57,125 nucleotides of DNA from assembly GCA_036786905.1 (NCBI GenBank), contig DAIQQE010000001.1:11110-68234 (forward strand), given 5' to 3'. The position numbers were made by a program, and so were the translations under genes. Positions 16,808 through 25,597 of the stretch are shown here, one piece after another. Origin of the DNA: Candidatus Nezhaarchaeales archaeon. GTDB taxonomy: Archaea; Thermoproteota; Methanomethylicia; Nezhaarchaeales; WYZ-LMO8. The notes beneath the pieces are model-generated. The model was not told the origin of the DNA. It saw only the letters and a list, made by a program, of their open reading frames with translations, and searched no databases. Every line of letters begins with the position of its first letter. Position 1 is the first letter of the stretch.

Positions 16808-17187
16808 CTTCTACTTCGCCTCGGCCGCGTAAGAGCGCGGGGTTTCCGTCGAAGCCTCTTCGATCCCTCAGGGTGCATGTTTTTCACGTGACTTTAAAGC
16901 ATTAAGAGTGAGGAAAGGGACTAAAAACCTTGCGCCTCAATGATCATCGCGTCCATCGATACCCGCTCTCTTGAACTGTGACCGCACTCCATTGCTTGGG
17001 CCCAGCCCGCTTGCAGGGTTGGCCTTCGTCAGTCGTATTAAGGCGTTGCGTGTCGCCAACGGCGGAGCCATCGAGCCTGCGCAGCGAGCTCATGAGAGCC
17101 GTCAATCGTCGAGCGTTAATGGCCTGGCAGAAGGCTTATTAGTCTTCTTCTGCGAAGTTGTAGGCTTGCGGAGGGCTCAGGACGTGG

Positions 17188-18771
17188 GTGATCGCCAAAT
17201 CAAGGTTCGTTGAAATCTACGACACCACCCTCAGAGACGGAGCGCAGGGAATGAGGGTGAACTTCTCGCTTCAAGACAAGATAAGCCTCACCTTAAGGCT
17301 CGACGAGTTCGGGATCCCCTTCATCGAGGGAGGCTGGCCCTTCTCGAACCCGAAGGACGAGGAGTACTTCAAGACCATAAAGGACTACCCTCTTAGGCAA
17401 GCAAAGGTCGTGGCCTTCGGGAGCACGAGGAGGAAGGGCGTAAGCCCGGAGAAAGACGAGAACCTGGAAGCCATACTCAAGTGCGACGTAGACTACGCAG
17501 CGCTCGTCGGAAAGTCTTGGACCCTCCACGTCAAAGAGGTCTTAAGGGTCAAGCCCGAAGAGAACTTAGACATGGTCTACGACTCGATAAGCTACTTAAG
17601 GGGTCACGGGATTAAGGTGATATTCGACGCCGAGCATTTCTACGACGGCTACAAAGAGGACCCCGAATACGCTCTTAAAGTCCTCAAAGTGGCCCGAGAG
17701 GCCGGAGCCGAAAGAATAGTCCTCTGCGACACCAACGGAGGCACGCTGACCCACGAGTTCTACGAGATAACTAAGAAGGTGTGCGATGAACTCGGGGGTT
17801 GCATAGGGGTGCACTGCCACAATGATTCTGGCCTAGCAGTGGCCAACAGCTTGATGGCCGTGGTGGCAGGGGCCGTCCACGTTCAAGGAACCATAAACGG
17901 CATCGGAGAGAGGTGCGGGAACGCGGACCTGTGTCAAGTGATACCCGCCCTGGAGATCAAGATGGGCTACAAGGCCCTGAACTCGAACACCAACGGCCTC
18001 CGAGGCTTGAGGGACCTTTCGCTTTTCGTCTACAACTTAATCGGTATGGAGCCCGATCCTTACCAGCCCTACGTCGGGCAGTACGCCTTCGCCCACAAGG
18101 CGGGGATCCACAGCGATGGAGTGATGAAGGTCTCGAGGGCCTACGAGCACATAAATCCGGAACTGGTGGGCAACGACAGGTTCATAGCGGTTTCCGAGAT
18201 CGCCGGCAGGTCGGCCATAGTCTACAAGGCCAAGAAGTTCGGCCTGAGCCTCGAGAAAGACGACGCCGCGGTGCTCAAGGTCTTGAGGATGGTGAAGGAG
18301 TTAGAGGCGTCTGGCAAGATGTTTGAGGACGCCGACGGTTCCTTGTACTTGCTCTTGTTGAAAGCCATGAACGCGTACAGACCTCACTTCGAGCTGCTGT
18401 CTTGGACTGTGACGAGCAGGGCTGGCAAGGGCGGTGCGAGGGCCTTCTGCACCCTAAGGCTCAGGGTTGGGGACAAGATCGTCACGAGCATGGCTGAAGG
18501 CTTGGGCCCAGTGCACGCGCAGGACTTAGCTCTGATAAAGGCGCTGAGGTCTGAGTACCCCGAGCTAGAGCGCGTGAGCCTGATAAACTACAAGGTGTCG
18601 ATAGTCGGTAGGAGTGCTGGGACGGCCTCCGTGGTCAGAGTGCTCATAGAGTTCAAGGGCGATGGCGAGTATTGGGCGACGACGGGGTCCTCGGCCAACA
18701 TACTCGAAGCAAGCATGGAGGCGCTAGTCGAGGGGTACGAGTACTACCTCCACAGGCGCGACATCAAGTGA
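17188..18771 (+). CDS. cimA: Citramalate synthase / LeuA-related (2-isopropylmalate synthase family)
   Basis: Motifs are IYDTTLRDGAQ and HCHNDSGLAVANSL, plus a C-terminal LeuA-dimer-like regulatory domain. The 527-aa length fits the CimA (TIGR00977-like) subgroup. GTG start. Confidence 0.7.
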   Translation: MIAKSRFVEIYDTTLRDGAQGMRVNFSLQDKISLTLRLDEFGIPFIEGGWPFSNPKDEEYFKTIKDYPLRQAKVVAFGSTRRKGVSPEKDENLEAILKCDVDYAALVGKSWTLHVKEVLRVKPEENLDMVYDSISYLRGHGIKVIFDAEHFYDGYKEDPEYALKVLKVAREAGAERIVLCDTNGGTLTHEFYEITKKVCDELGGCIGVHCHNDSGLAVANSLMAVVAGAVHVQGTINGIGERCGNADLCQVIPALEIKMGYKALNSNTNGLRGLRDLSLFVYNLIGMEPDPYQPYVGQYAFAHKAGIHSDGVMKVSRAYEHINPELVGNDRFIAVSEIAGRSAIVYKAKKFGLSLEKDDAAVLKVLRMVKELEASGKMFEDADGSLYLLLLKAMNAYRPHFELLSWTVTSRAGKGGARAFCTLRLRVGDKIVTSMAEGLGPVHAQDLALIKALRSEYPELERVSLINYKVSIVGRSAGTASVVRVLIEFKGDGEYWATTGSSANILEASMEALVEGYEYYLHRRDIK

Positions 18772-18853
18772 TGAGCAATGAAACGTTGGCCTCATTAAAC
18801 TTATAAGCATTGGTCAAGACATACTAATTTGTGGTCAGCTTTGTTTCGAGGGC

Positions 18854-19273
18854 TTGAAAGTCCTTAGGACCAAGGCCCTGCTTGACAAGTTGACAATCGA
18901 AGACGCCATGCGATGCCTGCTAGGTCTAAGCAGGGACGAGGTCAAGGTCTACTTCATGCTCCTGAATAAGCCCATGACCGTCGAGGAAATAGCCGAGCTG
19001 TTGAGCAAGAGCAAGCCAACCGCCTACAGGATAGCCGTTAAGCTCACGAACATGGGCCTCTTAATCAGGAGACCATACATAATCGATAGGGGAGGCTATT
19101 ACTACAAGTACGAGGCCGTCGAGCCCGATAAGGTCAAGAAGAGCATTCAAGAGGTCCTGAACCTCGTGTGCAAGAGGGTCTTGGAAGCGCTGAACCAGGA
19201 CTTCATAGAAGTAATGAAGAGGCTACAGAGCAGCGGGTCCAAAGAGGAAGGGGAGGACTTCGACTCCAAGTGA
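18854..19273 (+). CDS. TrmB-like winged-helix transcriptional regulator
   Basis: LLGLSRDEVKVYFMLLNKPMTVEEIAELLSKSKPTAYRIAVKLTNMGLL is the TrmB N-terminal HTH pattern. TTG start, and an internal ATG (MRCLLGLS) is possible. Confidence 0.6.
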   Translation: MKVLRTKALLDKLTIEDAMRCLLGLSRDEVKVYFMLLNKPMTVEEIAELLSKSKPTAYRIAVKLTNMGLLIRRPYIIDRGGYYYKYEAVEPDKVKKSIQEVLNLVCKRVLEALNQDFIEVMKRLQSSGSKEEGEDFDSK

Positions 19274-19356
19274 TCTAGCTGCTTACTAGAGTGCTTCAAC
19301 CCCGATAAACGCTTAACTACCTGTCCACCGCTCCCAAGGCTGGCGGGGATGAAAGT

Positions 19357-19824
19357 TTGTCCACTAGGGTATCGGCCCTCCAAGTTTACAAGTTCCTGCC
19401 CGGGATCAATTGCAAGAAATGCGGAACCACTTGCATGGGCTTCGCAGTCAAGCTCATCAGGAGGGAGGCCAAGATAGAGGACTGCCCCCCGCTCATCGGC
19501 GACCCCAAGTACTCCGATAAGCTGGCGAAGCTCAGAGAGCTCCTGGCGCCCATACTCTCAGCCGCGGAGACGCTGGTTCAGGTGGACCCGGAGAAGTGCA
19601 TAGGATGTGGCAACTGCATAGTGGCGTGCCCCGAAAACGTGATCTTAGACCCGTCGTCGGCCAGGGGGCGCAACCCCAAGAGCCCCGACGCGCTGTGGAC
19701 CGTGGAGGACGGCAAGATAAAGGTCCTGCACCTCGAGAAGTGCAGGCGCTACCCGCCCTCGAGGATGAACTGCAACGTTTGCGAGCTCGTCTGCTATAGC
19801 GGCGCAATAAAGGTGGTGGCTTAG
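19357..19824 (+). CDS. Fe-S protein: N-terminal CdhE/RnfB-type FeS domain plus a ferredoxin-like domain
   Basis: The FeS-domain pattern is YKFLPGINCKKCGTTCMGFAVKL...DCPPL. It is followed by CIGCGNCIVACP and CNVCELVC. TTG start. Confidence 0.65.
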   Translation: MSTRVSALQVYKFLPGINCKKCGTTCMGFAVKLIRREAKIEDCPPLIGDPKYSDKLAKLRELLAPILSAAETLVQVDPEKCIGCGNCIVACPENVILDPSSARGRNPKSPDALWTVEDGKIKVLHLEKCRRYPPSRMNCNVCELVCYSGAIKVVA

Positions 19825-19826
19825 AG

Positions 19827-21062
19827 GTGATGGTCGAGAACGTCGTGTGCACGGGCTGCTCACTACTCTGTGACGACGTCGACGTGGAGGTTGAGGGCCC
19901 CTCGGTGGTCAAGACCAAGGGGGCTTGCAGCCACGGAGACGCGAGGTTAAGGATCCCTCAGCGGAGCAGGCTTAAGGAGGCTTTGGTGAACGGCAATAAG
20001 GTTGACGTCGATAAGGCGATCGACGAGCTTGCAGAGATGTTGAAGTCGGCCAAGAGGCCTCTGATATACGGGGGAGATTGCTCGAGTAACGCTACCATAG
20101 AGTTGGCGCTGAAGGTGGCCGAGAAGCTGGGCGCTTACTACGACGCTCCTTGGTCGATATGTAGGGCCCTAATACCGCTCCAAGAAGAGCTGGGGGTCGA
20201 GGGCTCGAGGCTCGAAGAGACACTCGACGAGGCCGACTTCGTGATCTACTGGGGGGTCAGCGCGGCGGACACCCACTTGCGGCATGCGAGCCGCTACGCG
20301 GTCATGCCTAGGGGCGGCGTGGCAAAGATGGGTAGGGAGAGCAGGATTGTGGCGTCGATCGACGTCAGGGAGTCTATGGGCATGAGGATAGCCCAGCACA
20401 GGGTCCTCATAGACGTTTGCTCGGACGTCGAGGTGGCGAGAGCCATCGCAGACTTAATCGACGGGCGCGCCCCGCGGCTGAGGGCCGAGGTCACGAGACA
20501 ACTGGCCCTTTTGGTCTCGGACCTCAAAAGAGCCTCTTTCGTGGCTATGTTCGTGGGCTCGAGCGCCTTGAGGTGCTCCAAGGACGGAGGAGCCGTGAGA
20601 GCAGTCTTGGAGCTTGCCAAGAAGCTAAGCGCTAGGTGCAAGTGCTCAGTCCACCCGATGGCGGAGAGCGTGAACTCCTACGGCCAGGCGAGGGCCATGT
20701 GGAGGGCCTTGAAGACTTGCTCTCCCTACGACTTCAGAGAGGGGAGGCCGACTGAGCCGATACAGGCCTTAGCCTCGCGAGGGGCCTTGGACCTCGTCTT
20801 CGCCGTTAACAGCGACGTCTTGGCCCACATCCCCCTAGGAGCCTCTAAGATGCTCAGGGGCAGAGTTTGTTGCACGACCGAGCTGAAGAGCGTGACTCAA
20901 GCGCACTCGAGGGTGGCCATACCGGTCAAGATGTTGGGCGTCGAAGCGGGAGGAACCGTGACCAGGACCGACGGCGTCGAGGTAGAGCTCAAGCCCTTCA
21001 TGGCCAACGAGGAAGTCATCAGCGAGGAGGAAGTCTTAAGCCGCTTGTTAGCCCTCATCTAA
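19827..21062 (+). CDS. FwdB/FmdB-like molybdo/tungstopterin oxidoreductase subunit
   Basis: The N-terminus VVCTGCSLLCDDVDVEVEG...GACSHG carries the C-x2-C-x3-C...C Fe4S4 motif and is typical of formylmethanofuran dehydrogenase subunit B. 411 aa. It starts 3 nt after the preceding stop. Confidence 0.65.
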   Translation: MMVENVVCTGCSLLCDDVDVEVEGPSVVKTKGACSHGDARLRIPQRSRLKEALVNGNKVDVDKAIDELAEMLKSAKRPLIYGGDCSSNATIELALKVAEKLGAYYDAPWSICRALIPLQEELGVEGSRLEETLDEADFVIYWGVSAADTHLRHASRYAVMPRGGVAKMGRESRIVASIDVRESMGMRIAQHRVLIDVCSDVEVARAIADLIDGRAPRLRAEVTRQLALLVSDLKRASFVAMFVGSSALRCSKDGGAVRAVLELAKKLSARCKCSVHPMAESVNSYGQARAMWRALKTCSPYDFREGRPTEPIQALASRGALDLVFAVNSDVLAHIPLGASKMLRGRVCCTTELKSVTQAHSRVAIPVKMLGVEAGGTVTRTDGVEVELKPFMANEEVISEEEVLSRLLALI

Positions 21063-21072
21063 GTGACTTGAG

Positions 21073-23454
21073 ATGTCCCAGCGCGACGACGCGTCGAGCC
21101 ACGTAGGGCCAGAAAAGGTGTTGCTCTTCGTATGCAGGTGTGGAACTAACATAGCCGGAGTGGTGGACGTAGAGAGAGTGGTCAAGCACTTCTCTGGGAG
21201 AGAGGGAGTCGTCGTCAGCGACCAAGAGCACTGCTGTAGCGATGAGGGGATTAAGAAGATAAAGGAGGCGATAGAGAAGGAGGGGGCCTCCAGGCTCGTA
21301 ATAGCTTGTTGCACTCCATCGCTCCACGGGGAGCTTTTTAGGAGGGTGGCCGAAGAGGCGGGCTTGAACAGGGGCTTCGTGGAGATAGCGAACATCAGGG
21401 AGCAGTGCTCCTGGGTCCACTACCACGACCCCGCGAGGGCCACCAGCAAGGCGATAGACCTCATAGAGATGGCGTTGGCGGCGGCGCTCTACGCCCTGCC
21501 GGCCAAGGTGGTCAAGGTGCCAGCGGAGCGCTCTGTTCTAGTAGTAGGCGGAGGGGTCGCTGGAGTCACGGCGGCCCTCTCTCTAGCCGAGATGGGCTTC
21601 AAGGTTTACTTAGTGGAGAGGGAGGGCTTCATCGGAGGGCACATGGCGAAGTGGGACAAGGTGTACCCGACGCTCGATTGTAGCATATGCGTCTTGGGGC
21701 CCCGGCTGTCCAAGGCGTACAACCACCCCAATATAGAGATATTGACCTTGAGCGAGGTCAAATCGGTGAAGGGCTTTCCGGGCAACTACGAGGTCGAGGT
21801 TCTTAAGAGGGCTAGGTACGTCGACGAAAGGCTCTGCAACGGGTGCAATAAGTGCCTCGAGGTCTGCCCGATACAGCTCCCCAACGAGTACAACTACGGC
21901 ATCGGGCTTAGATCGGCGGTCGTAAAGCCATATCCCGAGGCAGTCCCCCAAGCCCCGTACATAGACCTGAAGCACTGCATCGGATGCTATTGTTGCGTGG
22001 GGGTCTGCGACCCCAAGGCCATAAACTTCAAGGAAGAGGACAGGGTCGTCAAGCTCAAGGTCGGGGCCATAATAGTGGCTGTGGGCTTCGAGCCCTTCAA
22101 CCCCAAGGCCCTCGACGAATACGGCTACGGCAAGATACCGGACGTCATCACGAGTGCCGAGTACGAGAGGTTATTGAACAGCTCGGGGCCCACAAAGGGG
22201 AGGGTCGTCAGGGTGTCGGACGGTAGAGAGCCCAAGAGAATAGCCTTCATACAATGCGTCGGGAGCAGGAGCGACAGGATAGGCCGCAGGTACTGTAGCA
22301 GGGTGTGCTGCAACAACGCAATAAAGCAGGCCATCCAAACGAAGCTCGCAATGCCCGACGTCGACATCACGATATTCTACGTTGACGTGAGGGCGACGGG
22401 GAGGCTCGCCGAGGAGGCTTACCGACGAGCAATGGACATGGGGATAAACTTCGTCAAGGCGAAGGTAGGCGAGCTGAGGAGGACGAAGAGCGGGAAGGTG
22501 AAGGTATTCTACGAGGACGTCCTGAGCCGCGAGTTCGTGGAAGAGGAGTTCGACTTAGTGGTCTTGAGCGTGGGGATGGAGCCTCCCAAGGGACTCAAGA
22601 GCCTAGCTTCGATGTTGGGGGTGCCCCTGAGCGAGGACGAATTCCTATCTGAGTACCACCTTAAGCTGAACCCCGCCGATACCTTCATTAAAGGGGTCTA
22701 CGTGGCCGGCGCCTGCTCAGGCCCTAAGGACATAACCGAGACCGTGGCCCAAGCCGGCCTGGCGGCGTCCAGGGTCGCGGAGCTCTTGGGTAAGGGAGAG
22801 ATAGAACTCGAGGTGCAGGCTCCGGTGATTGACAGGTCCAAGTGCAAGCTTTGCCTAAACTGCGTCAACGCTTGCCCCTTCGGTGCCATGAGGGCTGGCG
22901 AGGGGGCCGTTGAGGTCGATGAAGTGGCGTGCAGGGGTTGCGGAGCTTGCGCGGCCGCATGCCCCACAGGGGCTCTCACCCCCTCAAGCTACTTAAATGA
23001 CAAGCAGATATCGGCAATGCTGAGAGCCCTGCTGTCGAGGAGGAGCGAGTACCCCATCGTGGTCGCGTTCATGTGCTCGTGGTGCGGCTACGCGGCGGCC
23101 GACAACGCCGGCCTCAACAAGATGCTCTACCCCACCAACGTCAGGATCATCAGGGTCCCCTGTGCGGTGAGGGTCTCCCCAAACCACGTTTTGGAGGCTC
23201 TGAGGCTAGGCGCAGATGGAGTGATGATATTGGGTTGCTACGAACAGGACTGCCACTACAGGGTCGGGAGGGTCAGGGCCAATGAGAGGGTCGAGGTCCT
23301 CAAGGAGCTCTTGAAGAGCGTCGGCATGAGGGCCGAGAGGCTCGTAATAGAGGGAGCGGCCGCATCGGAGGGCAAGAGGGTGGCCGAGCTCGTGAGGTCG
23401 TTCACCGAGAAGGTGGCCGAGCTCGGGCCCGTAGGCTCGGAGTTCGAGGTGTAG
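21073..23454 (+). CDS. hdrA: Heterodisulfide reductase subunit A fused to an MvhD-like C-terminal domain
   Basis: The N-terminal domain is VLLFVCRCGTNIAG and the FAD motif is VLVVGGGVAGVTAAL. Cluster motifs are CNGCNKCLEVCP, CIGCYCCVGVCDP, CKLCLNCVNACP and CRGCGACAAACP. The MvhD-like tail VVAFMCSWCGYAAADNAG...ILGCYEQDCHY spans about 23047..23451. Confidence 0.9.
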   Translation: MSQRDDASSHVGPEKVLLFVCRCGTNIAGVVDVERVVKHFSGREGVVVSDQEHCCSDEGIKKIKEAIEKEGASRLVIACCTPSLHGELFRRVAEEAGLNRGFVEIANIREQCSWVHYHDPARATSKAIDLIEMALAAALYALPAKVVKVPAERSVLVVGGGVAGVTAALSLAEMGFKVYLVEREGFIGGHMAKWDKVYPTLDCSICVLGPRLSKAYNHPNIEILTLSEVKSVKGFPGNYEVEVLKRARYVDERLCNGCNKCLEVCPIQLPNEYNYGIGLRSAVVKPYPEAVPQAPYIDLKHCIGCYCCVGVCDPKAINFKEEDRVVKLKVGAIIVAVGFEPFNPKALDEYGYGKIPDVITSAEYERLLNSSGPTKGRVVRVSDGREPKRIAFIQCVGSRSDRIGRRYCSRVCCNNAIKQAIQTKLAMPDVDITIFYVDVRATGRLAEEAYRRAMDMGINFVKAKVGELRRTKSGKVKVFYEDVLSREFVEEEFDLVVLSVGMEPPKGLKSLASMLGVPLSEDEFLSEYHLKLNPADTFIKGVYVAGACSGPKDITETVAQAGLAASRVAELLGKGEIELEVQAPVIDRSKCKLCLNCVNACPFGAMRAGEGAVEVDEVACRGCGACAAACPTGALTPSSYLNDKQISAMLRALLSRRSEYPIVVAFMCSWCGYAAADNAGLNKMLYPTNVRIIRVPCAVRVSPNHVLEALRLGADGVMILGCYEQDCHYRVGRVRANERVEVLKELLKSVGMRAERLVIEGAAASEGKRVAELVRSFTEKVAELGPVGSEFEV

Positions 23455-23457
23455 GCC

Positions 23458-24762
23458 TTGCAGTCATCTAAGCCTATTGTGGAGGTCGAGGTGGGAGAAG
23501 AGGTCCTTAGCTACAAGTGGAAGGCCCCGGTCTTGGAAAAGAGGCTGGTCTACGATGTTCAGAAGTGCTTCGGCTGTGGCCTCTGCAAAGTCGTGTGCCC
23601 TGTGAGCGCAATATCGATGGGCCCCGTGAAGGAGATAGCGTCGAGGAGGGTCGAGGCCCCCTACATAATAATCGACGAGACGAAGTGCGTCGTCTGCCCC
23701 CTCTGCTCCTCGATATGCCCCTCTGGCGCCTTGAGGGTCGAGGCTCCATCGGACTTCGAACATCCGAGAGTCAAGGGGCGCATAGAGGTGCAACGAGACA
23801 AGTGCATCCCGTGTCTGCTATGCAAGAAGGTCTGCCCGACGAAGGCGATAAAGGCCGAGGTCTCGGTCGAGAGGAGGGAACGCCTCGTCAGGTACCTCCG
23901 AGAGGGGGAGGCTTGGGGCAAGGGGAGGATAAAAATCGAAGTCGAAAAGTGTTGCTTCTGCGGCCTGTGCGAGCTCCTCTGCGACGCTGTAAGGATAGAG
24001 TGGGCTGACCCTCGGCCCCCCGACTTCAGACCAGGGCTTTCGATAACCGTCAGCGAGGAGAAGTGCGACTACTGCGGCCTGTGCGAGAAGATATGTCCCG
24101 TGAAGGCGATAGAGGTCGAGTGCTTGGAGTCCGCGCCCAGAGAGGTCGGCGAGCCCAAGGTTGAGGGCTCGATAGAGGTCGGCGAGGGTTGCTTGTGGTG
24201 CGGGCTCTGTAGCAAGGTCTGCCCAGTGCAAGCAATCGAGGTGGAGAAGCCGTTCGATGGGGACGTATACATGGTCGAGCCGAACGAGTGCGACCCCTCG
24301 GGGTGCAAGAACTGCATCAACATATGCCCGACGAAGGTGGTCTACGTCGCCAAACCCCCGTCGAAGGAGAAGGTGGTCTTCGCGAAGGACTACTGCGTGT
24401 TCTGCGGCGCCTGCGAGAAGTCCTGCCCTGTAGACGCGATCAGGGTCGTCAGGAAGAGCATGAGGGTCGAGGGCTCGAACTCCCCTTGGTTCGGGATGAG
24501 CTACGAGCAATTCAAGAAAGTCCTGCAGGGCTACAGGCCCTCTAAGCCGAGCATTTACCACAGGACCGTCAAGATAGAGGAGGTGCCGACGGCCCTTCCA
24601 CAGCCATCGCCCATTCCCCCGACTCCTAAGGGCTTTGACAAAGCAGTCGAGGGCATCAATAAGGTCATGGAGTTGCTGTCCAACGTGCCAGGAAGGGTCC
24701 TCTTCGAGCGCCGCGAGGTCGATAAGTTGCTCTCGAGGCTAAGAGGTGAAGAGGGTGACTAG
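23458..24762 (+). CDS. Polyferredoxin with eight [4Fe-4S] binding motifs (FwdF/MvhB-like) plus a non-Fe-S tail of about 100 aa
   Basis: Eight motifs: CFGCGLCKVVCP, CVVCPLCSSICP, CIPCLLCKKVCP, CCFCGLCELLCD, CDYCGLCEKICP, CLWCGLCSKVCP, CKNCINICP, CVFCGACEKSCP. TTG start 4 nt after the hdrA stop. Confidence 0.85.
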   Translation: MQSSKPIVEVEVGEEVLSYKWKAPVLEKRLVYDVQKCFGCGLCKVVCPVSAISMGPVKEIASRRVEAPYIIIDETKCVVCPLCSSICPSGALRVEAPSDFEHPRVKGRIEVQRDKCIPCLLCKKVCPTKAIKAEVSVERRERLVRYLREGEAWGKGRIKIEVEKCCFCGLCELLCDAVRIEWADPRPPDFRPGLSITVSEEKCDYCGLCEKICPVKAIEVECLESAPREVGEPKVEGSIEVGEGCLWCGLCSKVCPVQAIEVEKPFDGDVYMVEPNECDPSGCKNCINICPTKVVYVAKPPSKEKVVFAKDYCVFCGACEKSCPVDAIRVVRKSMRVEGSNSPWFGMSYEQFKKVLQGYRPSKPSIYHRTVKIEEVPTALPQPSPIPPTPKGFDKAVEGINKVMELLSNVPGRVLFERREVDKLLSRLRGEEGD

Positions 24763-25095
24763 ACTAGTGGGCTCTCCGCTAGACTTGGAGACCACGACCT
24801 TGATCACCGACGAGTGTTGGCTTGGGCTTAGAAGCGCCATGGCATGGGGCGCGGGCGCCATGAAGGCCAGACCTCTCTTGACGCCGCTACTTATCCTCGC
24901 CCGGACCTTCACCGAGCCCTGTGGAGAGGAGACTTCCACGACGTCGCCCTCATTGACTCCGATGGAAGACGCGTCCTCTTGGCTCAAGTATATAGTCGCC
25001 GACTCTTTGAAGTACTCCTCGCTCAAGGACCCGAGGCGTTTAGCCCTCTCAAAGTCGTGGAAGCCCTCTAGGACTAGAGTGAGCTCGAGTCTCAT
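24739..25095 (-). CDS. FwdD/FmdD-like molybdopterin-dinucleotide-binding (Molydop_binding) protein, encoded antisense to the surrounding cluster
   Basis: MRLELTLVLEG...IYLSQEDASSIGVNEGDVVEVSSPQGSVKVRARIS...GLAFMAPAPHAMALL resembles FwdD (L.L.TGR...; ..eD...LGV.eGD.V.V.S..G.V.V.a; G...iP.gPwAn). The ORF is open to 25155, but Met21 (ATG 25095) matches family N-termini and the TATA position. Confidence 0.65.
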   Translation of the reverse strand: MRLELTLVLEGFHDFERAKRLGSLSEEYFKESATIYLSQEDASSIGVNEGDVVEVSSPQGSVKVRARISSGVKRGLAFMAPAPHAMALLSPSQHSSVIKVVVSKSSGEPTSLVTLFTS

Positions 25096-25111
25096 GGCGA
25101 GTCTATAGGGG

Positions 25112-25597
25112 GTGGAGACCATAAATAAGCTTTCCTCGGAGCCCAAGAAGTGCATTCAGTGCGGCGCCTGCACCTCGACTTGCGTCGTCTCGAGGGCCAC
25201 TAAGAGGTTCAACCCTAGGTTGTTGGTCTACGCCGCTAAGAAGGGATTGCTGACGGAGAGCGAGGACATATGGCTATGCCTGAACTGCCACATCTGTGAG
25301 GCTAGGTGCCCCGACTCGGTCAAGATCTCGGACATGATACTTGAGGCTAGAAGGAGGGTCTTGGAGAGGCACGGCGAGGACAGGGTCTTGGAGTTCTACT
25401 CGAGCTTCGTCAGGGCTCTGCTCAACAGCGGCGTGATAGCCTTCGTCACCAGCAGCAGGGTCGAGGACTTCAAGTCAGAGAGCGGGCTCAACGTCCCGGC
25501 GCTTGCTGAGCCCTTGAAGTCGGAGCTCCGCGAGTTCTTGAAGAAGATAAACTTAGAGGTCAGATTGAGAGAGGTTATGGGAATTGAGAGGGAGTGA
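25112..25597 (+). CDS. hdrC: Heterodisulfide reductase subunit C
   Basis: Motifs are CIQCGACTSTC and CLNCHICEARCP. 161 aa with a GTG start. It overlaps the hdrB start by 14 bp. Confidence 0.8.
   Translation: METINKLSSEPKKCIQCGACTSTCVVSRATKRFNPRLLVYAAKKGLLTESEDIWLCLNCHICEARCPDSVKISDMILEARRRVLERHGEDRVLEFYSSFVRALLNSGVIAFVTSSRVEDFKSESGLNVPALAEPLKSELREFLKKINLEVRLREVMGIERE
25121..25128 (-). promoter_or_regulatory. TATA-like box (TTATTTAT on the minus strand) for the FwdD-like gene, embedded in the hdrC coding sequence
   Basis: The plus strand reads ataaataa. The centre lies about 29 nt upstream of ATG 25095, consistent with leaderless geometry. Confidence 0.4.

Noticed and set aside
24786-25121. 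9-bp direct repeat TGGAGACCA (24786..24794 and 25113..25121) near the ends of the antisense FwdD-like gene, considered as a possible inversion or insertion scar.
   Set aside because: It is direct rather than inverted, only 9 bp long, and the left copy lies 47 nt inside the gene. It is compatible with chance.
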